Part shown: positions 1 to 14,253 of the stretch, in pieces
Position numbering within the stretch: the stretch's first letter is position 1
Layout of the letters: each line of letters starts with the position of its first letter
Source of the DNA: Octopus sinensis
Taxonomy: Eukaryota
Direction of reading: 5' to 3'
Assembly: GCF_006345805.1 (NCBI RefSeq)
Contig: NC_042997.1
Location: forward strand, 130,696,001 to 130,760,000
DNA length: 64,000 nt
Notes under the pieces: model-generated
Told to the model about the DNA's origin: nothing
The model's input: the letters and a program-made list of their open reading frames with translations, nothing else
The model's database searches: none
Program-made: the position numbers and the translations under genes

Positions 1-590
1 AAGCATCAAATGTCTTAGAGCTAAAACTTTACAAATGGTGAATTCTAAAAATCAAGAAATCTAATTTAGAATAATCTGCTTGAAACCATTGCCTACATGA
101 GCATGAAATTCTTATGACAATTTGAGCTGCTCTAAATGGTTTCTTATCTTAAAAAATACCAGAGACATTGAAATCTGTCATGGTTGCAGTGTCTCCGTGT
201 TGTATTTATGATAAATGAAAGGAAAGCTAGAAAAAAAAATCTCAGACACATGCATGGCTGTGTGGTTAAGAAGCTTGGTAATCATGTGGTCTTTGGTTCA
301 GTCTCACTGCGTGACACCTTGGGCAAGTATCTTCTACTATAGCCCTGGACTTACCAAATCCTAGTGAGTGGATTTGGTACATGGAAACTGAAAGGCTATT
401 GCATGTATGTGTGTGTGTATGTATATATGTATGTATCTATATATATATATATGTCTGTATATGTATGTATGCATGCATGTATGCATCTATCTATCTATCT
501 ATATATGTATATGTATATGTGTATGTATTATCTATCTATCTAACATATATATATATATATATATATGTATGTATTATCTATCTATCTAAC

Positions 591-637
<47 letters not shown>

Positions 638-1399
638 TGTATGTATGTATGTATGTATGTATGTATGTATGTGTGTGTGTGTTTGTCACAGTCTTCTTGC
701 CTTGACATTATTTGATTGTCATAAATAAAATAACACAGTTCTGCAAGTGGTGTCCCTCATCCCAATCGTTCATGAAAATATATCTAGTCATGGGCAAATA
801 TTACCTTGCTTGAAAATAGGGAGGGTTGGCAACGGGAAGGGTATCCAACCACAGAAAATCTGCCATGACAAAATTCCATCTAACCTGTGCGAGCATGGAA
901 AAGTGGCCATAAAATTGATGATGATGATGATGTCTATGTGTGCATCTTTATGTGTGCAATCCCACCCCTCCACTGCATGACAGCCAGTGTTGGTTTGTTA
1001 CATCCTTGTAATTTAGGTCTCTCAAAAGAAACCAATAGAATAAGTACCAGATTTAAAAAAAAAAACAAGAAAAGAAAAGGACACAAGAAAAGTACATAAG
1101 TAAGAAAAGGACATAAGTAATGGGTTTATTTGTTCAACTAAAACCAGTGAGAGCTGGTGCCCCAGCATGTCTGAAATTTAATGTCATAAAAGGATAAAGA
1201 AGTGATTGAATATTATACTTTGACTGATATCATAGTGAATGTATGTGTGATGATTGGATATGTATGTATATGTTTATGTACATGTATGCATGCATATTTG
1301 TCTATGTGTGAAATGTATGAGCATGTATATGTGCATGTATATGTGTATATATATGTACCTCATATCATTGGCACAACAAACAGCTAGAACAGTTTCATA

Positions 1400-1930
1400 T
1401 AAGGACACTGTGCAGGATCGTGGCATTCCCTAGCAGGACAGAGTGACAAACCAAAATGTGTTGGACAGTGGCAGTTCAACAAGCATTGAGTCAATGTTGC
1501 TGAAGGCTCAGTTACACTGGACTGGCCATGTCATCTGAATGACCGACAGCCATGTACCCAGACAGCTCTTATATGGCAAACTCATGCAGGGCTCATGCAG
1601 ACGAGGAAGGCCTAAACTTAGGTGTAAGGAGACACTGAAAAGCAACCTCAAATAGAGTGGCATTAGTCCACATGAACTTGAAGCCTCTGCAACAGACAAA
1701 TCCAAATCAGTGTGGAGGTCTCCCACCTCATGAGCAGCAACTGTCTTTGAAGAGGAGCAAGGATAGTGTTTCACTGCTGCAAGAGACAAAAGTCACAGGG
1801 AGTATCCACTTCAATCCTGACAACAGGCTTTCATTGTGGGCATCTGTGTGCTTCTAGTTCTGGACTGTGGAGTCACAAGCACTCTCATCACTGAGAGCAC
1901 AGATTTTGTCATTGTTGGACACCGATGGAC
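1400..1930 (+). mobile_element. RTE-clade LINE 3' fragment
   Basis: IPWQDRVTN...SMLLKAQLHWTGHV...PRQLLYGKL...GRPKLR.KETLK. Confidence 0.85.
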
Positions 1931-1935
1931 TACCA

Positions 1936-1974
<39 letters not shown>

Positions 1975-4632
1975 CACACACACACACACACACATATATC
2001 TAAAAGCAAATCGTTCTATCCCACATAACATAGATACCTTGTTAGAACACCAAATATTGTGTTATTAGCCTTGAGAAATCCTCTTATGTAAGTGCTTGGT
2101 GCACACATAGATCATAACAGAAAAAATTTGTCTGTCAAGGACGCCAGAATCTCTTAATGTGTATGTGTGTGTATATGGTTGTGTTTCTGTGTTTGTCTCC
2201 CCAACATTGCTTGACAACTGATGCTGGTGTGTTTACGTCCCCATAACTTAGCAGTTCAGCAAAAGAGACCAATAGAATAAATACTAGGCTTACAAAAAAT
2301 AAGTCCTGAGGTCAATTTGCTCGACTAAAGACGGTGCTCCAGCATGGCTACAGTCACATGACTGAAACAAGTAAAGAGTAAAATAGAGATTGATCACCCT
2401 TTGTGTCCCAGGGAGAATAAAATCTGTGGTTCAGCTTTGCTTTTCAATGTATAAATGCAAATGTATGTTTACTAAAATTGAAGACTTGAAGACAAAAACA
2501 AGAAAACATTTTCATAACCATACTTTACATTTCTATATATATTTGTATATTTTGTCTTTATATTTTTTCGACATGTATTGAGAATGGATATCATTGCAAT
2601 TTAGGAGAAGAGGCATTCTGCCAATAAACAACATCCCTTCACACAGACATATTAGTTGGTCACTCAAAGAAATAATACATAAGATGGAAATTTTAAATGA
2701 TTGCAAAAATTTACAATTTAGAAGGTGTAGAGACTTTGTAAATCATCTTGTTTGATGAGTACCGTATAGCTAATTAGGAATGTTGAATGTTAATTAAACA
2801 AAAAACTGCCTTTGTCCAGAGACATAATAAAATACTTAAGTAGATTTCCACTCAAACACCGTCATTAACTTGGTATGAGTGTGTGTGTGTGTGGTGTGTG
2901 TGTGTGTGTGTAAGTGATTCCACATAACCCATACATACAATCGTTTCCTCATATACATGTATTACACATCAATATAGAAACACAATCTCAGACATGTATT
3001 ATATAAAACATTATTGTAATTAGTACATATTATTAATTAGTTCCAATAATGTAATGATATTAATGATTAAAAGAAATTTTAAAAAAAGTTTAGAGTTAAT
3101 GAGTTTTGAAAAGAAAATCTGTGAGAAGTAATTTTTTATATGAACATTATAATAAGAGACAAGCTGAAATGTATAATAATAAAGTTAGAAAATATTAATA
3201 TTTCATAAAATAGTTATATAAAAAAATATATTAGGAAAAATAACTTTACATTTATCAAAATAAATGTGGATGAGATAGCATAACAGTTAACTGATGTCTA
3301 GAACTCCATGTAAACCCATGTATATCAAATGTCTGATTAAGTATTAGACCTAATTTGGCCCCCAGTTTTCTTTTGGTAGTTCTCATTTAGCTCTGCATAC
3401 CATTTAAGGTTGGTAAAATAACAATGGATTAAATTTCTATTTTTTTCTGAACATCTGATGTTATAAGAAGATTATGCAATTATCTACATAATGATTTACT
3501 GCACAGCATGTGCTAGTAGATGTTAGTGAAACACATGTAAAGATTATGTAATTTATGATGTTAAAACGAAGAGTTTAATTGATTCTCATGTTGTATTCTG
3601 TTCTTGTGTGTGTGTGTGTGTGTGTGTACATATGGGTGTGGCTGTGTTGTAAGAAGCTTGCTTCCCAACCATATAGTTCTGGGTTCAGTCTCACTGTGTG
3701 ACACCTTGGACAAGTGTCTCCTACTATAGTCTCAGGCTGACCAAAGCCTTATGAGTGGATTTCATAGATGGAAACTGAAAGAAACCCCTCGTGTATATAT
3801 ATATATAAATGATGATGATTATGATGTATGTGTGTATTTCTTTTTGTATGTGTTTGACCCCACAACCTGTGTTGGTTTGCTTACATTCCTGTAACTTAGC
3901 AGTTTGGTAAAAGAGACTGATAGGATAAAAATACCAGGCTTAAAAATAAATAAACAAACAAATAAATACTGGGGTCAATTCATTTGACTACAAATCTTTC
4001 AAAGCAGTGCTACAGCATGGCCACAATCTAATGACTGAAACAAGTAAAAGATGTCTGTGTGTGTATATGTATGTATAATGTAGTGTTGATATCTCGTGAT
4101 ATCTGCATCGTAAGCAGTAATACAATCATCCAGCAAGCAATAAATACTTGATATGATGGTCCCTCCACACTTACAATTTATTTTTGACCACTTGAAGGTT
4201 TCATTAATTCTAAATTCATATGGAATCAAGACTCACAATCGCCTAAATTAATGTGGTACCAACCAACAGATCAAGGAGTCAACATGTGTTGTTCTGACAC
4301 TGGTTTTGTGTAGAATCTACCAGAAAAAACTAATTAATCTACCTGGTTGCAATTTGGTTACATGGCAAATAGATATTATTGATCTAAGAAACACATATAT
4401 TGAAAAGGTGTTAATAAATATTTGCTGAAATTAGATGAAATCCTTATGAGCAAAACTTGCAAGTGACTGGTGTTTTAGTCATGAAGAATGAAGGATCTAA
4501 AAAAACTTAACACCTTGAGAACTATGATAAATGACAGAAATTTTCATTTGCTTTGGATGATAGAAAACAAAAACAAAAAATTAGTTACAAAATTTATAAA
4601 AAGTTAATTGAAATGTATATGCATACATCGTA

Positions 4633-4663
<31 letters not shown>

Positions 4664-7600
4664 ATATAGTTTACAACATATTTAACAATGTTGGGCCTCA
4701 CGGAGGCAATTGGCTGAGTTCTTTCGAGTGTTGAGCCTCACGGAGGCAATGACTAAGACCTTTGATATTATGTTGTGCTTGAGAAGACACATCAAGCCAA
4801 GCAAAATCACAGTCATGGCAAATACCAGTGTTATGCGAATGGCATGTAAAAGCACCCAATACACTCTCGGAGTGGTTGGTGTTAGGAAAGGCAACAAACC
4901 ATAGAAAACTATGCCTGAGCAGACAATAGAAGCTGGTGCAGCCTTCCAGCTTACCAGCCCTGGTCAAACCATCCAACCCATGCCAGCATGAACAAACGGA
5001 CATTAAATGATGATTATGATGATGATGATTTAGTTATAAATTTGTTTTAAAATCTCTTCACTCTTCAATTGCTTCCAGTCACTTGAAATTTTCATCCTGT
5101 AGAAATGGCAACATATGTGAAGCAGTTATAGAAAAACATTACAAATAAATAAAATAAATAAATATATAAATGGTGAGTTCACATGCAAAATAATGTTAAG
5201 AGAAAAACTTGTTTTATTTAGTAACTTTAAATACTTTAATAATTATTTCAATAACTGTCTTAACAGGTTGATTCTTATAAAAATTTTAAACCACTCATCA
5301 TTGTTGCTTACACATCAGCAATAAGTAATTGTGACTCAGATGTTAAGCAATTAACCCAAATTAAATAAAATTAATTATAATAAAACATAATTTTTGCATT
5401 TAGTTTCATTACTGTGTCGGGACACACTCACACACATGTATGCACATCATTGTTAACCTTTTAAACTCTAATTTTCTACATGGCCATGACTGGCCACAGA
5501 CAGACTGCAGTGGAAGGAGTCCAGGGAGTAATGAAGCCCTGAATATTGGATTGGGTTGGATAGGTCTGCTACACACCATATTACCTTTTATCTCAATCTC
5601 ATAATTTCATCAATGAGTCGCTGTCTTTTGACACATCAAATCTTCCTATTTTTCCCCATTTCTACGGTCAGCATATGGTACTCTTTTACTCAGCACTAGT
5701 CATCTATTTACATCAAATATTGGTTTCACATTTTGGCACATGGCCAGCAGTTTTGGGGGAGGGGCTAAGTTGATTATATCAACCCTAGTGCTCAACTGGT
5801 ATTTATTTTGTTGACCCCAAAAGGATGAAAGGCAAAGCTGACTTTAGTGGAATTTGAACACAGAACCTAAAGACAAAGTATTTTGCCTGGTGTACTAAAG
5901 ATTCTGCCAAATGGTTGCCTTATTTACACCAAATATTAATGTCAATGAGTTATTTTTCCAACATAAATCATTTATCTTGATCCTTTCTCGACACTACCCC
6001 AACAACTCAATTCCTTACACTTATCCCTCCTCAAATTTTCTATGTATTACTACTCACTCAGGTGTTGTAAATGACACCACATACCACCCACACACATACT
6101 TGACACTTCATGTTGTATCCATACTACTGTCCCTTGTCACTTCCTCCCTGATCCACTTCTGTTTCCTTCTTTTATTTCTCTTCCCTCAAATTGATATTCA
6201 TTACATCCAAATAAATCTCTAATCATCTGTCATACATTTCACTCAAGCACACCTACAGAAAGATAAACATTTCTGCTTATCTATCTTAATCTCTCTCACA
6301 TGTTCACCTTGTACCTTGACCTCACATTTCTCTCTCTCTCCCCTGATGGAGAAGCCATGTTTTCACCTCTTCAGCAAGACACCTGCTCCTGTTCCTCTAT
6401 CACTCTTTCATATCCCTCAATACGTTACCCAACTCAGTTGAGGGGATAAATCTTTCAAGTGTTTAGTGACTACATCAATGCTGGTGTCACAAAACAAGTA
6501 CTTAGTACACTCTGTGAAGTGGTCGGCATTAGGAAGAGCATCAGGCAACAGGAACCAGACCAAAACAGGCAGTGGAGATCAGTGCAGCTCTCTGGGTTAT
6601 CAATTAATGTCCAACCATCTAACCCATATCAGCATGGAGAAAGGGACGTTAAATGATGATGATAAGGAGGATGATACCATGAACTTACTTATTTTAATAC
6701 CTAACTGGTCTTTTGTTACATTTGTGCTCTGCCTTTTTATATGGGTTAATAAAACACTTCCTACAGTTCAAACTTGCATCATTTCTTTCTAATTGATAAA
6801 TCTTCCACATTCAATGTCCATACCTAGCAACCATGTATTAATAGTATCACACTTCTTTTCATGTTTCATACAGTCTGAGCTTCATAAGAAGAGTGGACCT
6901 TGTGTTGCCAAAACACTCACCAGCACAGAGAACACATTACAGAACACATAACAGAACACATCACAGAACACCAGAGACACAGACACCAGATAAGTTTCCT
7001 CTGCCTTTACAAGTTAGGTAAAGGCTAATGTATTGATCTAATTAGGAAATACAAATGAAAATGAGTTTCCTTGTTTATACAAGCAATGAGTTGTTGAGGG
7101 AAATATGTGGAAGTAGTGAAGTTTAGCAATAATGGAATCTGTTAGTTACTTGATGTTTTTAGGAAGTATAATGGAAATGTGAAAAAAAAAAAAAAAAACA
7201 AAGATGGAAACATTTCAAACAGAATCAATGAGGATGATGTTTTGCAAGATAATAAACTGCTGTGATATAAATGATGAGATGTTTAGGTTAAATATGTACT
7301 GAAAACTTCAATGTTTAAGACTTCCAAGTAAATTGTAAATAGATATAATAACCTTTTAATACACTATATGTTAGATGTAAAAATGAAATGGTACGATGAT
7401 GATAACGATGATATATATATATATATATTATATAAAACTATATATATATATCTGTAAATGTAATATGTGACAATTATTTGGTAGCCATGATAAAACTCTA
7501 CCGAATAATTGTCACATATTACATTTACAGATAAATTCTTCCATTTACATAATATCAAGGTCTCTTTCTTTCTTTTGCTGTCTTACCATTTTATCAATAT

Positions 7601-7800
7601 ATATATACTCCTTTACTTGTTTCAGTCAGTTGACTGCGGCCATGCTGAAGCACCGCCTTTAATCGAGCAACTCGACCCCGGGACTTATTCTTTTGTAAGC
7701 CCAGTACTTATTCTATCGGTCTCTTTTTGCCGAACCGCTAAGTAACGGGGACATAAACACACCAGCATCGGTTGTCAAGCAATGCTAGGGGGACAAACAC

Positions 7801-7835
<35 letters not shown>

Positions 7836-8714
7836 ACAGGCTTCTTTCAGTTTCTGTCTACCAAATCCACTCACAAGGCTTTGGTCGGCCCGCGGCTATA
7901 GCAGAAAACACTTGCCCAAGATGCCACGCAGTGAGACTGAACCTGGAACCATGTGGTTGGTTAGCAAGCTACTTACCACACAGCCACTCATACACACATA
8001 TATACATATATAGGATAAGTATTTTAGTTCAGAATATTTCATACTTCTTATTCTCTTGATGCAGATTATTAACAATCTGCTACCTTCTCATATTCTCCTA
8101 CCCAAGTTAAGTTGCTACTTTCTTCTCTTCACTTCTACTAAGCTTATGTTTTTATTTCATATAATTCCATATAATGTAACACTTATTGTGGCTGCTTTCA
8201 AGCTTGAGTCCTTTTCCACCAACAGAACTGACTGAGTGATTAAGTATAGTAAATTTTCTCAATTTGAAGAAAGCTATATTTGAATAAGCTTTCTGTGAGT
8301 GTTCCTCCCTATATGTTCTAACTGTACAGCTCGAATTCACCAATTGCAAATTCATGATGGAGTATATTTGTGTGCCTTTAGGCGCACAATCAATTGCTTT
8401 GCTTTTTCATTTTTTTTTTCATTAGTAGTTAGAACAAAGTAAAATCCAATTTTGAGATCAGACTAAAACCCATTCATATCACACAACTCCAGGATCCTGG
8501 CTCACTCTTCAATAGTTATGCCCTGTCTATAGCTAGTTTATTTTCTTGCAAAAGAAAATCAAATGTGGAGTTAGACAGTATAGTGCATATGTGTGTGTGT
8601 CCATAACAAACACATACACATTCACAAATACAGGTAAATAAGTTGATAGAAAGACAGAGACGTAGTGGGAGAGCTATACAAACATGGATGTGCATATATG
8701 AATATAATCTGATA

Positions 8715-8782
8715 TCAAACATAGGATATCAGTCCAGATTTGTTTAAACTGTAGACAGAACTCCTTCTTAGTGTTGCCTTCA
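8715..8782 (-). CDS. Candidate terminal coding exon B (V-KATLRRSSVYSLNKSGLISYV-stop)
   Basis: Very strong acceptor ttttgttcttatttttcctttgtttcag ending at 8783, phase-1 compatible, polar C-terminal-like tail. Confidence 0.35.
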
Positions 8783-8938
8783 CTGAAACAAAGGAAAAAT
8801 AAGAACAAAATTGTGTTACTATCAACATGTATTCTCTGGGCAGCTGATTGATGTTTCAGTACCAGAAGAGTCAAGTCATAATCTACCAGCTCTCTCTCTG
8901 AGACATGTCAGTCCTCCAGCTATAGTTATTGAGCCATG

Positions 8939-9013
<75 letters not shown>

Positions 9014-9076
9014 TATATATACATACATATATATACACATACATACATATATACACATACATACATACATATATAC

Positions 9077-9124
<48 letters not shown>

Positions 9125-9142
9125 CATCATCATCATCATCAT
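8939..9142. repeat. Representative compound microsatellite (AT)n/(ATAC)n/(CAT)n
   Basis: Similar tracts at 405-680, 20405-20470, 27435-27480, 45470-45650 and 63160-63220 produce the Y/I/C/V-rich spurious ORFs. Confidence 0.97.
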
Positions 9143-9685
9143 TTAGTGTCTGCTAGATGGTTTGACTGGAACTGGTAAGCCAGAGAGCTGCATCAAGCTC
9201 CAGTTTGATTTGACATGGTTTCTATGGCCAGATGACCTTGATGCCAACCACTCCAAGAGTGTAATGGGTGCTTTTTTATGTGCAACCAGCACAGGAGCTT
9301 TTATGTGCCACTAGCATGGGTATCAGTTACATGACACTGACATTGGCCCCACAACTACAATTTCACTTGGCTTGACAAGTCTTCTCAAGCACAGCATATC
9401 ACTAAAGGTCTTGGTCATCTGTCATCACCTCCATGAGGCCCAATATTTGAAGATCGTATTATATATATACTTTTCTACTCTAGGCACAAGGCTCAAAATT
9501 TTGGGGGAGGGGGCCAGTCGATTACATTGACCCCAGTATGCAACTGGTACTTAATTTATTGACCCTGAAAGGATGAAAGGGAAAGTCGACCTCGGAGGAA
9601 TTTGAACTCAGAACGTAAAGACAGACGAAATACTGCTAAGCATTATGCCCAGCGTGCTAACGTTTCTGCCAGCTCACCACCTTTC

Positions 9686-9731
<46 letters not shown>

Positions 9732-11102
9732 AGTAATTATTTATGTAGGGACAAGTCACCTTCCTTTATAGTTTCATTGATCATGCATGCAAACCTAAAG
9801 TCTCCACTGTAAGCAACGTGACTTATAATAGATAAAGGCATGACTGTGTTGTTAAGAGGTTAGCATCATAATTACATAGTTTTGGGTTGAATCCCACAGC
9901 ATGACACCTTTTATGAGTGTCTTCTACCATAGCCTTAGGCTGACTGATGCTTTGTGAGTGGAATTTGATAAACAGAAACTGTGAGGGAAGGACCATTCCT
10001 GTTCTCAGTTTAACACTACTAAATAGTCCTTAGGTACCTTTAACAGAGTCCACTGGCTTACTGTGTTGCAAACATTCAGGTTAGGTTTCCAGTCTGAAAA
10101 TAACTTCCTTTTTTACTAGTCTAAGAAGCCCTGAAAAGTCTTGGATTCTGCCTTTCCTACTCTGATAAAACTATCAAAAAACACAATAGTATTCAAGAAA
10201 CCTCTACAGTTTTAAGAGGTGAGACCAGCTCTTCTTAACAATGTTTAACAAAGCACATTGCAACTGAAGTGATAACTCAAGAAAAGTTGTTACATAATAC
10301 ATGACAATATGAAAGCAAACATAAATTTAATGATAATGATGATGATGATGATGACGGTGAAGTGGAAGAAGAGTAAAATAAAGAACAAGCTGAAAAGAGG
10401 TTTCTGCTTCTGTCACTGATCCTAACATTGATGATGAGTAAAATAATGATGATGATGATGATAACCACCATCAGCATCATCATAAGGCTTGGATGTCATT
10501 GTCATATTAAGGTTATGTCAACAACCATTCAAATGATATCATATGAATGATGTTAAGGATTAGAGAGAATGAAAATAAGAATAAATGAGTAGAGAACTGT
10601 TGTTTGTGTGTGTCTGAGAGAGAAAGACAGGAAAGCGAGAAACAAAGAGAGGAAGACAAACAATGAATTACATATAATAATGGCTGTTGTGAAGGGAGAA
10701 ATGGGATGAGATGGGTGGTCATGTACTGAAGAAAGGATAGAAGTGAGTGGGTGAAATGAGGAATGTAAAAGGAAAAAGAGGAAAAGGAAGACTGAGAAAG
10801 ACATAGCTGAAGATGTGGAGGAGGGAATGAGGACAAGGCAGTTGATAAAGAAGGGTGGGCAAAATGGAAAAGATGACTGACACGAGACCCACATGGCTAA
10901 TCCCTGCTTTTGAAATACTTGTTACAGGTGTTAGAGATCAGGTGATGATCAATTGATCAACAACAATATTTTGAGACTAGGTGTGTATATATATATATAT
11001 ATATTAAAATTAAAATGAGGGTGAAAAATTGGATATTAATTTGATAACATCAAATTTAACACCAGTGGTCTAGCATATAAAAAACTGAGGTTCAGTAAAT
11101 AG

Positions 11103-11503
11103 TATTACATACATACAAGAGGGAATTTACCACTATTTGGAAACCCTTATGCTAGAAGAAGATCTGCTATGGTCTTACCACTAAGAATTGTTCTCTGGAA
11201 AATTTAGCAAACATCAGAAACGTAAGTCTGGTGTGTAGTTCTGCAAATTATATTTGTGTAGATGATCATACTGAAGATCTACAGATAAATTATGTAAGTA
11301 AAATTACGTAATTTGTTGATAGTGAAACATTTGTTTATGATTAATCTATATTTTTGTTACTTTTCATTTGTCTTGCTCGCTTACGTTTCTGGTGTTTGCT
11401 AAATTTTCTAGAGAACAATTCTTAGTGGTAAGACCATAGCGGATCTTCTTCTAGCATAAGGGTTTCCATATAGTGGTAAATTCCCTCTTATATGTATGTA
11501 ATA
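11103..11503. repeat. 124-bp inverted repeats (11103-11226 / 11380-11503) enclosing a hammerhead
   Basis: The two arms read as reverse complements with few mismatches. Confidence 0.9.
11259..11348 (+). ncRNA. Type I hammerhead ribozyme motif with long stem II
   Basis: Stem I ATCATA/TATGAT (extendable by TAGAT/ATCTA), core CTGAAGA 11271-11277, ~19-bp imperfect stem II, GAAAC 11324-11328, ATTT loop, GUU triplet. The U-U closing pair of stem II is non-canonical. Confidence 0.65.
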
Positions 11504-11511
11504 TTATATAC

Positions 11512-11544
<33 letters not shown>

Positions 11545-11644
11545 AATAATAATAAAGGGTAAAATTGATTAATCAATTAATAATTAATAATTTTACCAAG
11601 TAGTTCGGTATGTTCAAAGAATCATTATCAGTAACCTTATACAA

Positions 11645-11888
11645 AAATTCTATAATCATAAGCATAATTATAATTAGGGTTCAGCAAAATTGCTTCAACA
11701 CATACCGAAATTTAGAAATAGCAGTTAAAATACTATTCCACTACCATAAGATATCTCCCAGATAGCAATACTCCCAACTCTATCTTATGGTAGTGGAATA
11801 GTATTTAACTGCTATTTCTAAATTTCAGTATGTGGTGAAGCAATTTTGCTGAACCCTAATTATAATTATGCTTATAATTATAGAATTT
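11645..11888. repeat. Fold-back hairpin, ~108-bp arms, 27-nt loop
   Basis: 11645-11753 vs 11781-11888 are near-perfect reverse complements. Confidence 0.92.
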
Positions 11889-12052
11889 ATATACATATAT
11901 ATATATATTATAATTATAAACTAACGTAAACATGAAAGAGATCAACTCTTTGCTGATAAAGGATCACCAGACTGTAGTATTAAGTGTTTCTCCTCACAAA
12001 ATACAAACAAAAACAGTAACACTAAACACAACTTTCAGAAAGCGAAGACTAT

Positions 12053-12060
12053 TTAGGCTA
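12053..12060 (-). CDS. Candidate terminal coding exon A (V-A-stop), nearest strong acceptor
   Basis: Acceptor ttttattttattttttttaccag ending at 12061; G|TA GCC TAA. Not distinguishable from other candidates without transcripts. Confidence 0.35.
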
Positions 12061-12253
12061 CTGGTAAAAAAAAATAAAATAAAAAGAGCAGTAAACTACC
12101 ATATTTTCTTAAGCTGAGAGTTGCAGAACAATAAATAAAGTAGACACTAAATACTGTTTTTAGTGTGGTTAAAAAACAAAAACATTAAATAAAATTTTTG
12201 TTACAATAATTATCAAATTAAAGATTTATTAATAAATGAAGAGAGTGACCTAC

Positions 12254-12340
12254 CTCTTTCTTTAAGGCCTTTGTTAAAGTTGCGTTGTACGAAAAATAGC
12301 TCAATCATTAATAAAGCCCAAACGGACAATGCTATGGTAA
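12254..12340 (-). CDS. Coding exon 9 (TIALSVWALLMIELFFVQRNFNKGLKER)
   Basis: Acceptor atccattttcag, donor GAG|GTAGGT, 87 nt, phase 1 to 1. TM helix followed by NFNKGLKE. Confidence 0.88.
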
Positions 12341-12422
12341 CTGAAAATGGATAATATTTCTTTTATAAAAAAATGAAAACCACATGATAATGCTCAAAGT
12401 AAATATAACATATTCCATAGTG

Positions 12423-12639
12423 CTGTAAATAATAATAATATTATTTTATAAGCTTAAAGCTTATAAGTGATTACCATGCAGTGACTAAAGAAAATAGTCT
12501 AATAATGGGGCATATAAGCCCTTGATGGAAAAAAGTAGGTTATCCTGCATGCCCCATTATTAGATTATTTTCTTTAGTCATAGCATGATGATTGCTTATA
12601 AGCTTTAAGCTTGTAAAATATTATTATTATTATTCACAG
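12423..12639. repeat. Fold-back MITE, ~90-bp arms
   Basis: 12423-12513 vs 12549-12639 inverted. Confidence 0.88.
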
Positions 12640-14253
12640 AATTGTAAAAAATTGATGCTGCTGAACAAAAACCATTACAGAAAATATTCTATAGTAGTTT
12701 ATGACTGAATATTTGATTAAAAGTAACAAATACTGATGATTAAACAGATTCATTCCTATTATATCTGTGTCACATTATTGATGGCTTTTTAATTAGAATT
12801 ATAACAGTTTAATATATTAGTAAACTAACTGAAAAAAGACTGAAAAAATGTCAAACTCGTAAAAAACACCATTTGAGCATGGCTATTGCTAGTACCGCCT
12901 GACTGGCCCTCGTGCCAGTGGAATGTAAAAGCACCCACTACACTCTCAGAGTGGTTGGCGTTAGGAAGGGCATCCAGCTGTAGAAACACTGCCAGATCAG
13001 ATTGGAGCCTGGTGCAACCATCTGGTTCGCCAGTCCTCAGTCAAATCGTCCAACCTATGCTAGCATGGAAAGCGGACGTTAAATGATGATGATGATGATA
13101 GATTGAAAATACAATGATATTATGACCATTCGATTTAAATTTTCACAACTTTATTGATCTCTACTTAGAATCATAGATGTACCTATGGGCTTTATACTGC
13201 AAAAAGATTCTTCTGATCTTAACTAGGAACCAAGCACTGCCATTTGGCTTTCATAAAAATGTTACCTCAGTCTTTAATATTAGTGATTCCCTACTGGGGC
13301 TTCACAAAATCCTCTTTAAGGGTTTTGTAATAAGTATCAATAAGCAAAAATTGTAGTCCCTATACAAACCTTAAAATTCTGCTGATCCATTATAACAACA
13401 ACAAAAATCCTTTCTACTATGGGCACAAGGCCTAAAATTTTGTGGGGAAGGGTTAAGTCGATTACATTAACCACAGTGCTCAACTGGTATTTATTTCATC
13501 AACCCTGAAAGGATGAATGGCAAAGCTGATCTTGGTGGAATTTCAATGTAAAGACAGACGAAATGCCACTAAGCATTTTGCCTGGTGTACTAATGATTCT
13601 GTCACCTTTCCAATGGTTTCAAATTTTGGCACATGGCCAGGAATTTTAGTGGGAGTGAGTTAGGTGATTACATCAACCTCCAGTGCTTAACTTTTACATT
13701 TTATTTTACTGATCCTGAAATGATGAAAGGTAAAGTCTGTCTTGGTGGAATTTGAAGTCAGAACATAAGGAGTCAGAAGAAATGTTGCTAAGCATTTTGT
13801 CCAACATGTTAATGATCTTATCAGCACACCACATCAAATAATAATAATAGTTTAAAATAACAACAACAGCATCAACAACTAATAATAATAATAATAATAG
13901 TAATCCTTTCTACTATAGGCACAAAGCCTGAAATTTGGGGGGAGGGGGCCAGTCGATGAGATACTGAAATCTATTTGAAAATGATACCAGGATTACCATC
14001 CCTACAGGAAGTGCAAAAAATCGTGTTAACTGGAACGACTCATGTACTGAGAAGAGCATTATCAATGTGAAAACAATATTCATTCATGAATTTATTAATT
14101 AATTTTTTTTATATACATATTTTACCTGTGAATTTGCATGTGTAACCTGGGAATGCATACAATGAGCTTCTCTGCCCTAGGTGTACAGAAAACACTCGGC
14201 GAGAAACAAAAGAAAATTTTAAGAAAGAAGAAAAAAAAAATAATAATAATAAT

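Noticed and set aside
381-728. 115-aa ORF, and similar Y/I/C/V/H/T-rich ORFs at 8811-9156, 20245-20636, 45369-45782, 53164-53508
   Set aside because: These are translations of AT, GT, ATAC and TAA microsatellites with no coding signal.
6935-6990. 12-bp ACAGAACACATN tandem repeat
   Set aside because: An ordinary short minisatellite with no further structure.
8152-8355. 67-aa minus-strand ORF as a possible last exon
   Set aside because: The upstream acceptor lacks a polypyrimidine tract and nothing else supports it.
11590-11640. Minus-strand CTGATAA...CCGAACTAC hammerhead-like relic
   Set aside because: G8 is changed without compensation, GAAA is incomplete and stem I does not pair.
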